Source: Eledone cirrhosa (Eukaryota). From it: 64,000 bases of DNA. Numbering within the stretch: position 1 is the first letter of the stretch; the number at the start of each line of letters is the position of its first letter. Position numbers and translations under genes: made by a program. Positions 63,826 to 64,000 of the stretch are shown piece by piece. Under the pieces are notes generated by a model. The model made no database searches. It had not been told where the DNA came from and saw only the letters and a program-made list of their open reading frames with translations. The stretch covers positions 156,674,001 to 156,738,000 of the forward strand of contig OZ024742.1 in assembly GCA_964016885.1 (NCBI GenBank), read 5' to 3'.

Positions 63826-64000
63826 TGTTTTTACCTTTGCTTAATATAGTAAAAGTAAATAGTGAAGTTTTAGGCCAGTACTTAAGTATGCGCCGACGAA
63901 CCTACACATACATATACATGCGCACACACAAATACACACACACACACAAATACATACACACACACACACACATGCGCGCGTGTGTGTGTAAACCTTATGC

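Overview
AT-rich, microsatellite-dense eukaryotic (animal) DNA. The SINE family and composition suggest an octopod cephalopod; this is an inference. No host protein-coding gene is securely identifiable, and almost all recognisable content is mobile. (i) Three L1/Tx1-clade LINEs at 38.5-53.9 kb: one near-intact full-length copy, one decayed copy, and one 5'-truncated copy with an intact ORF2. All are inserted in (ATT)n or (ATCT)n microsatellites. (ii) About 12 copies of a tRNA-derived Nin/Deu-core-type SINE. (iii) Helitron fragments. (iv) Penelope-like element (PLE) RT and GIY-YIG fragments. (v) RTE-like fragments. The most striking signal is a dense set of non-coding elements, mostly embedded in (TA)n tracts, that carry type I hammerhead ribozyme (HHR) motifs. 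I count about 20 motifs in at least 8 sequence families, most with a palindromic stem III and several with a U3:A8 variant core. Some occur as retrozyme-like tandem units (593 bp and about 428 bp). About 15 loci are head-to-head palindromes with the same polarity (left arm minus-sense, right arm plus-sense), and their junctions often fall inside the ribozyme or at its cleavage site. One element with the same architecture carries a tRNA-like cloverleaf instead of a hammerhead. All folds were worked out by eye; none was computed or tested.
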